Translations under genes and position numbers: made by a program | In this document: one piece after another, positions 18,464 to 30,000 of the stretch | Numbering within the stretch: the first letter of the stretch is position 1 | How the letters are laid out: every line of letters begins with the position of its first letter | Notes under the pieces: generated by a model | What the model was told of the DNA's origin: nothing | Database searches by the model: none | Seen by the model: only the letters and a program-made list of their open reading frames with translations | IMG/VR virus record: IMGVR_UViG_3300009537_000014 | Location: 1-52,661 of that record | From: a virus | Taxonomy: Duplodnaviria; Caudoviricetes | Direction: 5' to 3' (one strand) | Length of the DNA: 52,661 bases

Positions 18464-21400
18464 ATGGCAATCACAAGTCAGATCAAACAGTGGGTACTCA
18501 AAACGCTTCCGGGAATGAACAACAAGCTGGAAGATCTTGAACTTCAGAGCAAGTGGGTTGTTAAAGCCCAGAACTGCAGGTTTGAGGATGAGCCAGGTAC
18601 GGTTGTTAAGCGGGGTCCTTTGACCAAGTATAACACTACCGAGCTGACCACTAATGACTATGGTACAAGAGGTCTTTTCAGGTATTATCTTTCGAGCGGA
18701 GTTGCCGGTCAATCTGTTATCGTCCATGACAACGGTACTACAGATCAGAGGGTTTATAAGGGCGCTGATGCCGGAGGAGCTCCAACGCTTATAAGAACGT
18801 TGGGTTCGTCATCTGTAGGTAAACAGATGAGCTTTGAGGTATATAAAGATATTCTTATTGGGTCTAACGGATATGCGAATCCCTGGTGTTATGACGGCGC
18901 TGATGATGTGACATGGGAGCTTGGGTCATGTAAGGCTGTTCTTTCGGCTAATACAGGCACTGTATTAGAGGACTGTGAAGATGCGTGGAATGAACAGGTC
19001 ATTGGTAATGTAACTGCTTCGGCGGATAGTTCTGACAAACAGGTCGGATCTGCTTCTGCTAAGTTTGTCGTTGGTGCTGCGTTTGGTACTGGAGTTATTG
19101 GATCTGAGGTTATCAGCGAAGACTTCTCTGACATGAAGTACCTTCATGCTTGGGTCAAGTCATCTGTAGAGTTAGATGCTGGTGACTGGCAGATTGTTGT
19201 GGATGATACTGCTAACTGTGCTTCTCCTACACATACTATTGATATACCAGCCTTGGCTGCTGCAACATGGACCAGGATAGCTTTAGACATATCTGCTTGG
19301 ACAGAGGCGTCTGCGATCTCGATAGGTCTTAACCAGGCTGTAGACAAGGGTGCTATGAGCTTCTGGATCGATGATGTCAGAACTTCCCAGCTTGATAGTG
19401 CTGCATACTATTATGCCGTTGGGTTCTGTACTGAAGCCGCCGGAGCAGGAACCGAGTATCTCAATGGTGCTGTCAGCAATACAGTTACGACAACTGCCTC
19501 ATATACACAGGTGTCTCTCAGCCATATACCGTTGGGTGATACGACTATTCTCTCACGCAAGGTCTATAGAACTGAAGGCGGCGGGTCTACTCTTAAGCTT
19601 TTAGCTACTATTAACGACAACTCTACAACCACGTATACGGATGATATCTCTGATGCTTCTTTAGGTGCCACCATGGGAGCCGTTACGGATGATATGCCTG
19701 TAGGTAATCTCCTTAAGCTTCATCGTGACAGACTCTTTATATCAGGAGATCCGAGTCACCCTAACCGCATATACTACTCTGCTCCTTTGTTGCCTTGGTT
19801 CATTCTCCAGACAAACAATACAGACTATATGGATATAGCTCCTGATGATGGTGATGTCATCATGGGCATTCCTATCCAACTAGGGGCTATGGTTTGTATC
19901 AAGAAGAAGTCTATCAGGAAGCTCCACATAGCTTCTCCGGTGTCTGGTTACGATCCTGCCAACTGGTATGCGGACGATCCTATAGTCTTTGATGGCACTC
20001 CTGCCAGGTGGTCTATCGACCAGACGCCTTATGGGGTGATCTATCTAGGATGGGATCATTGGAAGGTGTTTGACGGTGCTACTTCCAAGGATATCATAGA
20101 TGAGTTCGATACAAGCGATATACTTCCTGCTGAGTATGACAACGTTGTAGTAAAGTACCTTACGTCAGGTATCCTTCTAGCGGCGTACGCTGATGCTACT
20201 ATAGCTTCTCAGAAGAACAACAGGCTTATGAGATACAATTTCAAGCGACAGGCGTTGTCTTACGATACCGTTAATGTAAACTGTATCTCTGAACATACAG
20301 GTGATTCTGAAGCAGGAGAGGTGCTGCTTGGTGCGAGTGACAAGGGATATGTTTATAAGACGGAGATTAACGATTATTGGTATGCGTTGGAAAACAAGAG
20401 TGACGTGGAGGGAGGCTCTTATACTGCGGATAAATCAGGGATACCTGATGGGATTTTTGTTGGCGGGACTGAGACTGCTCCATATATTGAGATGGGAGGG
20501 CTGTCATCTGCTTCTGACATACCAGACAATGTATGCATCTTGTGGGATGATCCAGATACTTCTCCTGATACTGGTACGTGGACAGAGCTTACAACAAAGG
20601 ACAATACTTTTATCAAGATTAAGGATGCTGCTTCCGGTACAACCGCTGCGACTACTCATTCTAATGGGACGGCTACCGTTATAAACTGGGTTGCCTTCAG
20701 GGTGTTTTATGCGGCTACGAGTGGCATTTCAGAACTTCCTACAGGTGCGATAGTCTTTTGGGATCAGGTGACTACACCGACGGGGTTTGTGGACGTTGGG
20801 TATAACGGGTATTACCTGAAGGTAAATTCAGATCTTACTTCACCAACTGGTCAGGATATTGTTAATGTGGATGATGATGAGCCTGGAGGCGCCTACATGG
20901 ATCAGAAGGTGTCTTTCAGGCTTATCAAGAAGGTTGGAGAGCAGGATACTTGGGATGCGGAGAGTCAGTATATCTATTGTCTTGTCTACGACTCAGGCGA
21001 CTCTTGGTCTGATTCTAATGGGTTTGCTGATGTGAGCTCTGCATATGAGGATCATTACCTGGCGGCCGGAGACGATGAGCCAACGGTGACTGATGGAGGT
21101 GACACTGCCGGTACTGTTGATCTGGTTAATATGGAGATTACTACCCATAGTTATAGCGGTGCTGGTGACGGTATCAAGTCTCATGATGGTGATGCTGATA
21201 CCTCAATGCAATCCGCAGGAGCTGGTGCCAGGACGGTTATTTCTACACACATGTTTAATCATGTCTATGATGTGGATTCTGTCCTTATTAAGGCTTCTGT
21301 TTCCGCCTCTGGTACTGGTACTAGCAGCCAGATAAAGACCCAATATACAACTGTTGAGAATCCTGGGTCAGGTGATTGGACAAGTTTTGCTGGTGGCGAC

Positions 21401-22312
21401 AAGAGTGGAGGCGGTTTGGCTGCTCTCGATACGACTTTGACAGCTCTTGGTATAACAGGTGTGTGGGGTGTAAGGGCTTGGACCTATGCCACATCAACCG
21501 ATGACAACACCTCTTGTGCTATCTATGAAATACAAGCGTGGGGTAACAATGGAGATTCTTGTACGTTCAAGCTAGCGAAGGCTGTCCTTGGGAAGATGGT
21601 TGACTACAATGACGGTATAACTAATACGTATACATCCGGCACTTGGACTTCTCCTTCTATGGAGATCAATACAAGTGCTCTTAAGAAGCTGTACTGGAAC
21701 GAATCTATAACGGATACGGTTAATGATGATGTAAAGCTATACGTTCGTCTTGGAGCAACGAAGGCGACTTGCGAGGCTGCTAGCTGGAGCGCTGCTTTCA
21801 CAGATCCTAATGGTTCTGACATTTCTGGAGAGACGGCTAACGTGTGGCTCCAGTATAAGATTGTTCTATCAGGGGATGACTCTACAGGAAGTAATCCTCG
21901 TGTATATTTTGTCAATGGTTACCTTGTTAGATTCAGCTATGAAAAGGGCGTTACGTACATTAGCGAAGAGTCATCTGGAGTTGAGTGGATATATGAGGTA
22001 GGTTTCAGAGATTTTGATGAGCCTATGGTTGATAAAATTATGAAGAAGTTGATTGCTGTATATCAGGCTGATGTTGATGCTACAGGTTCTCTTAAGATCT
22101 ACTGGAGGACGGATGTGGATGGCTATGATGAGTTTGATGACAACAAGGTCTTTACTATAGATCTAGGTGCGTATCCTAAGCGTTGGGAAGCGTTCTTCCC
22201 TTCTACCGCTACGGGTAGACAGTTGGATCTCAAGTTCTACAAGTATGATCTGGAAGAATTTAAACTGAAAGGGGCCAAGGGACTCTACACTCCTGAACCT
22301 ATACTAATTTAA
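18464..22312 (+). CDS. tail nozzle/stabilisation protein with inserted carbohydrate-binding-like domains
   Basis: GMNN..AQNCRF...KRG N-terminus, HRDRLFISG..PNRIYYS beta-propeller segments, C-terminal DFDEPMVDK..KKL. Confidence 0.65.
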   Translation: MAITSQIKQWVLKTLPGMNNKLEDLELQSKWVVKAQNCRFEDEPGTVVKRGPLTKYNTTELTTNDYGTRGLFRYYLSSGVAGQSVIVHDNGTTDQRVYKGADAGGAPTLIRTLGSSSVGKQMSFEVYKDILIGSNGYANPWCYDGADDVTWELGSCKAVLSANTGTVLEDCEDAWNEQVIGNVTASADSSDKQVGSASAKFVVGAAFGTGVIGSEVISEDFSDMKYLHAWVKSSVELDAGDWQIVVDDTANCASPTHTIDIPALAAATWTRIALDISAWTEASAISIGLNQAVDKGAMSFWIDDVRTSQLDSAAYYYAVGFCTEAAGAGTEYLNGAVSNTVTTTASYTQVSLSHIPLGDTTILSRKVYRTEGGGSTLKLLATINDNSTTTYTDDISDASLGATMGAVTDDMPVGNLLKLHRDRLFISGDPSHPNRIYYSAPLLPWFILQTNNTDYMDIAPDDGDVIMGIPIQLGAMVCIKKKSIRKLHIASPVSGYDPANWYADDPIVFDGTPARWSIDQTPYGVIYLGWDHWKVFDGATSKDIIDEFDTSDILPAEYDNVVVKYLTSGILLAAYADATIASQKNNRLMRYNFKRQALSYDTVNVNCISEHTGDSEAGEVLLGASDKGYVYKTEINDYWYALENKSDVEGGSYTADKSGIPDGIFVGGTETAPYIEMGGLSSASDIPDNVCILWDDPDTSPDTGTWTELTTKDNTFIKIKDAASGTTAATTHSNGTATVINWVAFRVFYAATSGISELPTGAIVFWDQVTTPTGFVDVGYNGYYLKVNSDLTSPTGQDIVNVDDDEPGGAYMDQKVSFRLIKKVGEQDTWDAESQYIYCLVYDSGDSWSDSNGFADVSSAYEDHYLAAGDDEPTVTDGGDTAGTVDLVNMEITTHSYSGAGDGIKSHDGDADTSMQSAGAGARTVISTHMFNHVYDVDSVLIKASVSASGTGTSSQIKTQYTTVENPGSGDWTSFAGGDKSGGGLAALDTTLTALGITGVWGVRAWTYATSTDDNTSCAIYEIQAWGNNGDSCTFKLAKAVLGKMVDYNDGITNTYTSGTWTSPSMEINTSALKKLYWNESITDTVNDDVKLYVRLGATKATCEAASWSAAFTDPNGSDISGETANVWLQYKIVLSGDDSTGSNPRVYFVNGYLVRFSYEKGVTYISEESSGVEWIYEVGFRDFDEPMVDKIMKKLIAVYQADVDATGSLKIYWRTDVDGYDEFDDNKVFTIDLGAYPKRWEAFFPSTATGRQLDLKFYKYDLEEFKLKGAKGLYTPEPILI

Positions 22313-22551
22313 TGCCTATAGATCATCCTGGTGACATAACAGACTTTAAAGAAGACAGCATTCCAAGGTTAAGGAATACTATTGATAATATTACGCAGCA
22401 GGCTGTTGGAGTCATCTATGTAGCGTCTGCTCCTACTGCTTCTCAAGTACCGTTGGGTAAAGTCGTTGTTTATGACGATGGAACCACACGTAGAATATAT
22501 GTAAGGACTGGTAAAGACGGTGTAGGTTACGCCGCATTGACAATGCTTTAA
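22312..22551 (+). CDS. hypothetical virion protein
   Basis: TAATG coupling, 79 aa. Confidence 0.6.
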   Translation: MPIDHPGDITDFKEDSIPRLRNTIDNITQQAVGVIYVASAPTASQVPLGKVVVYDDGTTRRIYVRTGKDGVGYAALTML

Positions 22552-22561
22552 GGAGGCTTTT

Positions 22562-23401
22562 ATGGACCCGATTTCGTTAGCTATGTTAGGGATGAGTATC
22601 TATGGGGCTACTCAAGGGGGTAAAGGGAAAGGTGGAAGCAGCGGGATTACTCCGTACCAGTTTGTACAGTACCCTGAGTATGGCTTTACTCAGCCCAGAC
22701 TGCAACAGACTTCTGACTTCTTGTCTCAGAACATTCAGAGGATGAGTGAGGGAAAGTATCCCGCTTACTATGAAGAGGCTTTACCTACTCTTAGGAAAGG
22801 TATGGCTGATCCTCTTAGAGAGACATACTTCGGTGGCCAAGGGATGCGAGGTCCTAGTGTGATGAGCCAGGTAAGATCTACCGGTGCAGCGTTGGGTACG
22901 GGTCCTAAAGCGACGTTGGCTAGAGAGAATAAAGCCTTGTATGACTATGGTACCAAGAGCCAAGAGATTGATCAGTATCTGACCAAGCTGGGTGTGGATA
23001 TCATGCAGAGGGATGCATACACATTTCCTGCGTTATCTATGCAGCTGCCTCGTGGTCCTGAAGGACAAGTGGTTGGTGGCCAGCCGTATAATGTCCCAGA
23101 CTATAGGGGTAATGCTATGAATTCTATCATGCAATCATTGGGTGGAATGGAGCCGGGTAGTTTAGGCAACCTTGATTGGCTTGGGAATTTGTTTCAGCAA
23201 CAGACAATGGCTGCACCATGGGAGAACTTCACTGGTGGCAGACCAGATTACTTTGATCCAGCTTTCCACGCTCCTGAGTTTGGTCCAGGTTCTTATGGTT
23301 TTAATCCTACCGGTGGGGATTGGTATGGAGATCGTATGAATCTTCTTACAAGCGCGCAAATAACAGGTAGAGATTATCCTGGGATAAGAGATTGGAGATA
23401 A
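22562..23401 (+). CDS. putative DNA ejection (internal virion) protein
   Basis: MDPISLAMLGMSIYGA G-rich N-terminus typical of ejection proteins; RBS AAGGAGG. Confidence 0.6.
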   Translation: MDPISLAMLGMSIYGATQGGKGKGGSSGITPYQFVQYPEYGFTQPRLQQTSDFLSQNIQRMSEGKYPAYYEEALPTLRKGMADPLRETYFGGQGMRGPSVMSQVRSTGAALGTGPKATLARENKALYDYGTKSQEIDQYLTKLGVDIMQRDAYTFPALSMQLPRGPEGQVVGGQPYNVPDYRGNAMNSIMQSLGGMEPGSLGNLDWLGNLFQQQTMAAPWENFTGGRPDYFDPAFHAPEFGPGSYGFNPTGGDWYGDRMNLLTSAQITGRDYPGIRDWR

Positions 23402-23411
23402 GGAGAATGTT

Positions 23412-24080
23412 ATGGCTAATGGAAAAGTAACAACTTATGAAGGTACCGGGCTAGAGATCCCAGGACCATCCGCATCAGAGCGAGGCTTCCAAGCGTTGGC
23501 TTCGGTGCTAGGTGGGATGTCTCAACGTCAGAAAGAGAGCCGGGCTCAAATGACAGCGGTGTTGCCTGCGCTTGTGGCAGCGAAGATGGTCAAGCCTTGG
23601 GAGTCATCCAAGGACGGAGAGAAGATGAGATTTGGTGGCAGAGACTGGGCTGTTACCGCTCCATCCGCTGACCTACAACAGATGCTTACGCAAGCTCATC
23701 TTGCTCAAGCTATGCAGAGCTTGACTGGTGTGCCTACCGAAAAGGAACGTTATGGTAAGGTTCTTGGTTTGTTAGGTGAGACGGCTTCTGCTGATCCTAT
23801 GGGTCGTGTGGAAGCGATGAGGGCTGGTGGAGAATCTGAGGAAGGACGGCAAGCAGCTCTGCTTAATTATTATTCTCAACTTGTTGGAGGCGCTTCTGCT
23901 ATGGAGAACATGGCTTATGGCTCTATGTACGGTCAGCAGGCTCCTCAAGTTCAAGGTGCTGATGTTGTTAGAGTATTCAACAAGAAGACTCAACAATACC
24001 TGACTCGCCCTAGAGCAGAATGGGAGGCATTTCAAGCTTCTGGATTACCTGAAGCTAAAGATTGGACGGAGATTAAATAA
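23412..24080 (+). CDS. putative DNA ejection protein
   Basis: A/G/Q-rich helical protein between the first ejection gene and the giant gene. Confidence 0.55.
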   Translation: MANGKVTTYEGTGLEIPGPSASERGFQALASVLGGMSQRQKESRAQMTAVLPALVAAKMVKPWESSKDGEKMRFGGRDWAVTAPSADLQQMLTQAHLAQAMQSLTGVPTEKERYGKVLGLLGETASADPMGRVEAMRAGGESEEGRQAALLNYYSQLVGGASAMENMAYGSMYGQQAPQVQGADVVRVFNKKTQQYLTRPRAEWEAFQASGLPEAKDWTEIK

Positions 24081-27000
24081 TGCCCTATGACTTCTCAGTG
24101 TATGGGACTAAGGCTCCTGCTAAAGCTCCAGGCAAGGCTAAGAAACCTGAGTACGACTTTTCTGCTTATCAAACCCAGCCCCCAATAGAACCTCCAGGGA
24201 CTGCTCAGGCTCCTAAGTTCGATTTCTCTGCATATAAAACTCCTGTGGCTCCAACCAATGGTAAGCCAACGGGTGCTAAGCCAACGTTTCCGGCAGAGCG
24301 TACCGGCACCGTCCGCCCTATACCTGAACCTCCTCCTTACTACCAACCAGATGATCCGCTTAAGAACGAGATAGCTTATGTAGGGTATGGCTTTGGCTCT
24401 GCTGTCGAGAGTGCGTTCAGGGGAGCCATATCTTCAGGGTTTGAGATGTCCAGGTATGGATATCAGAAGATAGAGCAAGTTCAGAACCCTTATGTGCGTA
24501 ACTTCTTAAAAACTATCTATAAAGCAACTCCCCTTGGGTTCCCGCAACCGGAACGCTTGGACAGTATCATTAAAACTTTAGATCCACTTAGCGGTCGCAC
24601 GCCATCTCTTATCCCAACATTTCAGGAGTCAGCTATGTATAAGGCGGCTGAGGCCAAGAAGCTTGGGCTGGGTATGCGTGTCTTAAGAGCCGGAGAGAAC
24701 GCCGCTATAGATGTGGCTGCTTTAATAGGCATGATATATGCGACTAAAGGGTTGGGGCTTCTTAGAGGGACCCCTCAGGCAGCTAAATTGGCTCAGATTG
24801 CCCGTCCAACAGTGGCTGGCAAGGGGATCATAGGACAGTTCATTAAGCGTCCCAAGATGATCACACTCTCTACCGGGGAGATGGTCATGCAGAGGGGTAG
24901 AGCCCACATGATTCCAGCTATCATGGGCAAGGGTGGAGAGGTTCTCAAAAGCGGTCACGCTGTCCGTCAAGCTATCATCAATAAGGAGATGTTCAAGCAG
25001 GCCCTCAATCTTGGTACCTTCATGGCTGTTACGCATTCGGGTACGCCTGAAGAGAGACTGAAGCAGGGCTTCTTTGGGTTTCTTTATGGAGCCACTCCTC
25101 CCGTTACAGGCATGGTTCTTGGAAAGCTAGGAGCTACCCTACCTAAGCTAGCTCCCGCTGTTGCCAACCGCATGGCGGCGTATCTTACGGATTTCACATT
25201 GAATACTGCTCTTACAACCCAGCTAGCATACAAACATATCCTAGAGCAGAGCAAGGGGCCTGACGGTAGCATCGATTGGAATGAGGCTATTACTCATATT
25301 GTTCCTCAAGTAATAACGGACATGGCCTTCTCTTTCCATACGAGGGCTTCTAGTAAAGCAGTCTTGGAAGCTTCTTATGAGAAGATGCTACAGAAGGATC
25401 CAAACCTGGCTAAGAAGTATCCTAACGCCGAAGCATGGGAGAAGGGCGAGATTGCCAGGATGGGTGAGATGGAGAAGCTTTCCAAGGTGCTTACGGAGAT
25501 GGCTGGCATCTCTGGTGAAGCTCCTGTGAGAGGCAAGGGAGGCTTTCAAGGAGAGGTAGCTGAGGGGAAGATAGGTCAGAAAGCTACTATCCGTATCATC
25601 GAGTCAGAGCCTACTCCAGGCGTTGAAAGGCTCAAGGTCCAAAGCAAGGCTGCTAAGAGAAAGGCCCTTAGAGCTGTCAAAGAGAAGGCTAAGCAACTGG
25701 AGATCCTGCTCCCTTCAGGCAGGAGAGCCCGCCTTGATATAGACCGTATGCCTGAGAGTGTAAGGTTGCAGATTGAGAAGGCTATGGCTGAGCCAGATCC
25801 TAACGCAGCAGTCAAACAGGTATACGAGTCTCTTAAAGACACTATTGTTTATATGGGTCGTGGTACCGTTCCGGGTCTTAAGAAGCCTGGTATCGCAGCC
25901 GAGGCTCGTGTGTGGATTGGTAGAGACATGCTGCTTGGTAAGCAGTCAACAGTGTCCATCACGGACTTACCGAAGCGACTGGATCTCCATGGGCGTACGC
26001 CGCTTGACCTTAACTACCGTGTGGAAGGTTATCCTAAAGCTGAAGGACTGGCTGAACTCCAGGTAAGGGTACAGGCTGAATATAAGAGGGCTCATAAGAA
26101 TTATCTAATCAAGGATGTTGTTACTCCTCAGAAGGCAGCGGAGGCTAAGGTTGATGTCTGGAGTCGTGAAGCTGCCAGTGGTGTGAAAGCTGAGAGCCCA
26201 CGGATCAAGAGTAAGATTTCTCCAGAGATTCTTGATTCTCTTCGCCGTGTCATAGCCACAGCCGGTTATGGTAAGGGAAGGACCTTCAAGATAGAGTTCT
26301 ATGAGGGTGAAACAGCTAAGGAAAAGTTTAATGACGGGATTTCCGCCCACACGTTCTTTGACGGAAAAACCCGCACTGTACGCATACATCGTGAGCTTGC
26401 GGAGGCTTTGTATGACGAGTATCACAGCGGTAAGAATCCTGGTGCGTTCCACCAGATAGGGAAAGAGTTCCCTCATCTCTTTAGGTTAAACAAAGAAGAA
26501 TTCATGAAGTTCGTTACGGCTCATGAGATTGTCCATGCGACTACAGGCTTGGATGCTGGTAAGGATGAACAACTGGTCAACATCCTTGCTTTAGAGATGG
26601 CAGGCAAGTACGACTATGCCAGCATGTTGGCCCTGAAATATCATGCTCAAGGTAAGTTCATAGACTACCGCCTGCCTCAAGAAGAGTTCCTGCGTTTAGC
26701 CAACCAACCTCTACATACAGGCGTCAGAGAACTGGATCGTATGATGGGATACAAAGACCCTTCCGGTATGGATTCTATAAGAACCGCTGATAAGAAGGAT
26801 GCGCTTGATGCCCTTGGAGGAACTGAGAAGATCACCATTAATGACTTCTTCCAGTCGAAGCTCAGGGAGGTTATTTATGATCGCATGGCTGCATCTGCTA
26901 CTCCTGAACAGATACTAGGTCTCTTTAAGAACAATGGAGTTAAAGATTCCGAGATAGAAGGCAACCAGCTTAGAGAGTTCATGGAGGGTAAGGGTAAGAT

Positions 27001-30000
27001 TAGCCGTGACGAACTCCTAGCATGGGTGGATGAGCAGTCTACCCGTCTGGATGTTCAGGAAGAAGCCGTATCTAGACCATCGGTTGTTCCTGAATTTGTT
27101 GTTTCCCAACCTAGACGTGGCTATGAAGAACTTGTCTATTGGATGCCTGGGATTAAAGAGGTCTCTTCTGATCGGATGCACTTTGGTGACATAGGTAAGA
27201 ATCGTACTATTGGTTGGCTCAGGAGCCAGTCCTTTGAAGCTTCTATCAAGGGAGAAACCCAACAAGTTAAGTTTATTGACGAGCTACAAAGCCAACGTAG
27301 CCAGATGATCCGTAGGATACGTAAAGGTTTGATTGAGAGTGTAACAGACGAGAAAGAGTTTAAGAAGCTTATTAATAAACTTAGGTTTCGAGTTGTTGAT
27401 CTAGGTGATCTTCCTGATGGTCGTGTAGATGTGGAGATAGCTGAGCAGCCGTTCGTATATTGGTTCGGTGAAATGGAGCCTGGTGAAGGAGGGATGCGTT
27501 TCGGGACGCACCCTGATGCGTATATGAGCCAGGAAGCTATAGATGATGCGAAAGCCGCAGGTTATACCTTTGAGGTGGAGCGTATAACGGATCAAGAGCA
27601 TCTGTTAACGTTTGCAGATGAGGTTTCTCATGCAGAGAGAGCTGCGTCAGAATACCAGCAGAGAGAGTCTTTATTAAAGTTTCCCTTCGAGAAGTCCTGG
27701 CAAGATCTTATATTGAAACGTTATGTTCATAAAGCCGTCATGGAAGGTGCGGATGTTATTGCTTGGACTCATCCTGAAGTGCAAGCTGATCGTGGCATGA
27801 AAGAGAATAAAGCGCAGACTATGTATGGTCAGATCATACCTCAGTTCTTCAAGAAGTATTTCAAGTTAGATGTAGAGCATGGGGACCCAGAGGGCTTTGG
27901 TTTCGGCAAGGAAAGGATTCTCAAAGATAGAGAAGGCGTAGAATTGCTTGCTGTTCCTGCGGACAACGTCCCCTATGTCCGCCTCACCCCAGCCATCAAA
28001 GACAAGATTTTACAGAACAAGCAATACTTCTTCTTCTCTGATCCTCCCGCCAAGGATACCCGCAAGGAACTCAACGATGTCTTGAGACAAAAGCTTAATG
28101 CTTCCTCTCCTGAGGGGCTTGATAGACGCTGGCTTTACCTTCCTGACGCTGAAGACTTTACTGTATATGGAAGATGGGCTCAGCATGTTCAAGGCTTGGG
28201 TATCAACGGTATGGACTATCAGTCTTGGAGAATGAGTATTGATAAATCAAAAGTCGTCTATATATTCGGCAAGCTTGAAGGGGAAGCCAAGCAGGTATAT
28301 GACTATGCTCGTAGACAGGGTAAGTATATAATCCTCAACCCAACGGTGAAGAAGGGTGTCGAGCTTCGAGAAGAAGCTAGTGATTTCTATGTCCATGGTG
28401 GATCTGAAGCTTGGCTGGAGAAAGTATTCACCATCCCTACCGACAAGCTTGATTATTATAATCCTGAGCATCAAAGGGCGTTTGATGACTTGATGAAGAA
28501 GAGCCCTCCAAATACCAGGGAGTGGGGACAAGCCCTGATCAGGCGAATGAGGGCAGACGTGGTAGAGGGTGAGCCTGGGTCTGATACCGAACCCTTGTCT
28601 CCTAAAGACAGGATTGATCAGGCATATGAAGATGCCATGGCCCAAGATGTTCCATCCGAGATGGCTAAACCTTTCGTTGATGCTATGTCAAGGTGGAATC
28701 AAATTCGTAGAGATGTTGCGAGGACCACTCCAAGGGAGCGTTTAGACGAAGAGCTTCTTAAGACAGACAATGAGAACTATAGAACGGTTGTTGATATCTT
28801 AGGGAAGTTTGGTTCTCAGTATCTTGGCATGTTTAAGGAGCCGAGAAGCTTGAAGGGCAAACGCCAGACTTATGGGCTTATCTACGAAGGTATGATGAAG
28901 CGCCTCCCAGAAGGCCGTCCAGAGATGCTTGAACACCAGTGGGGTGGGAACATATTTACCGCTAAGATTTTGGCCAGGAAATGGGGCGAGAGTCTACGTG
29001 CGGTCAGGAATGATCCTCAGTCAGTGAAGGATGTGGTGAACAAGGAATGGAACGGAAGGTTTCAAGTGCTGCTCGCCCAAGCCAAGCAGTTCAAGTCTCC
29101 ATTTATAAATGAGATCATAAACGAGAAGAACAACATCCTTGAGTCTATGGCTAGGGTAGACCAACAGCGGTTAAGGGATAGAGAGACCCTCGCTATTGAC
29201 CAGGAGCCGGATAAGATCGGTGGGCCTCCTATCAAAGCCAACGGTGCTACGAGTATCGAGGGGAGGCATCTTGGTTTCTTATTCAGCACTATTCTAAGAG
29301 GGCAGAAGTTCTTCGGTACATTCAACGAGGACAGGTATGTCCGTTGGGTTAAGAAAGTCGTCGGAGGAGACGAGAAGTTCAACAAGCTGTTCCCTCCGAT
29401 ACAGTATGTCGACCCTATTACCCGTGAACGTCTGGTTGGCGGGATCATGAATATCAAGAATGGGTCGGAGCTCTGCAACCTGATTGGCTATAGAGTACAG
29501 CATCTCATCATCGAGGAAGTTTGGAAACAGGTACAGAATGACGGGATGAAGGGTGGCCGTAGGGCAATGCAGGAGAGGCTGGATACTTATCTAGGCATCA
29601 TGTCTCGTGCCTTGCAAGAGCTTCAACATAAGCTTGGCACGCCTATCAACCAATACATACTTACGGAGATAGGAGCCGGTTACCGTTGGGGCAAGACTGC
29701 TGAAGAGAAGATGGAGAAGCAGGCTGTACTGGATGACTTCAGGAAGTATGCCATGAAGCTTGTTAAGGATGATGCGGGCAGGCAGCGCATAGAAACCTTG
29801 ATCCGCAGGATGGATGCCACTGATATCAGAATGCCTGAATTGTTCCTTAAGCTTCTCCCCCCTCACGTGAAGAACATCCTTACGTGGTACAGGGCTTCCA
29901 TCGAACGTCCTCTACTGGACAGGATGATAAGCTCCGGTCTGCTGGATAACGCTGTCCTTTATAAGAACGTCAAGATGGGATTCGGCCCCAGGTTCTGGGC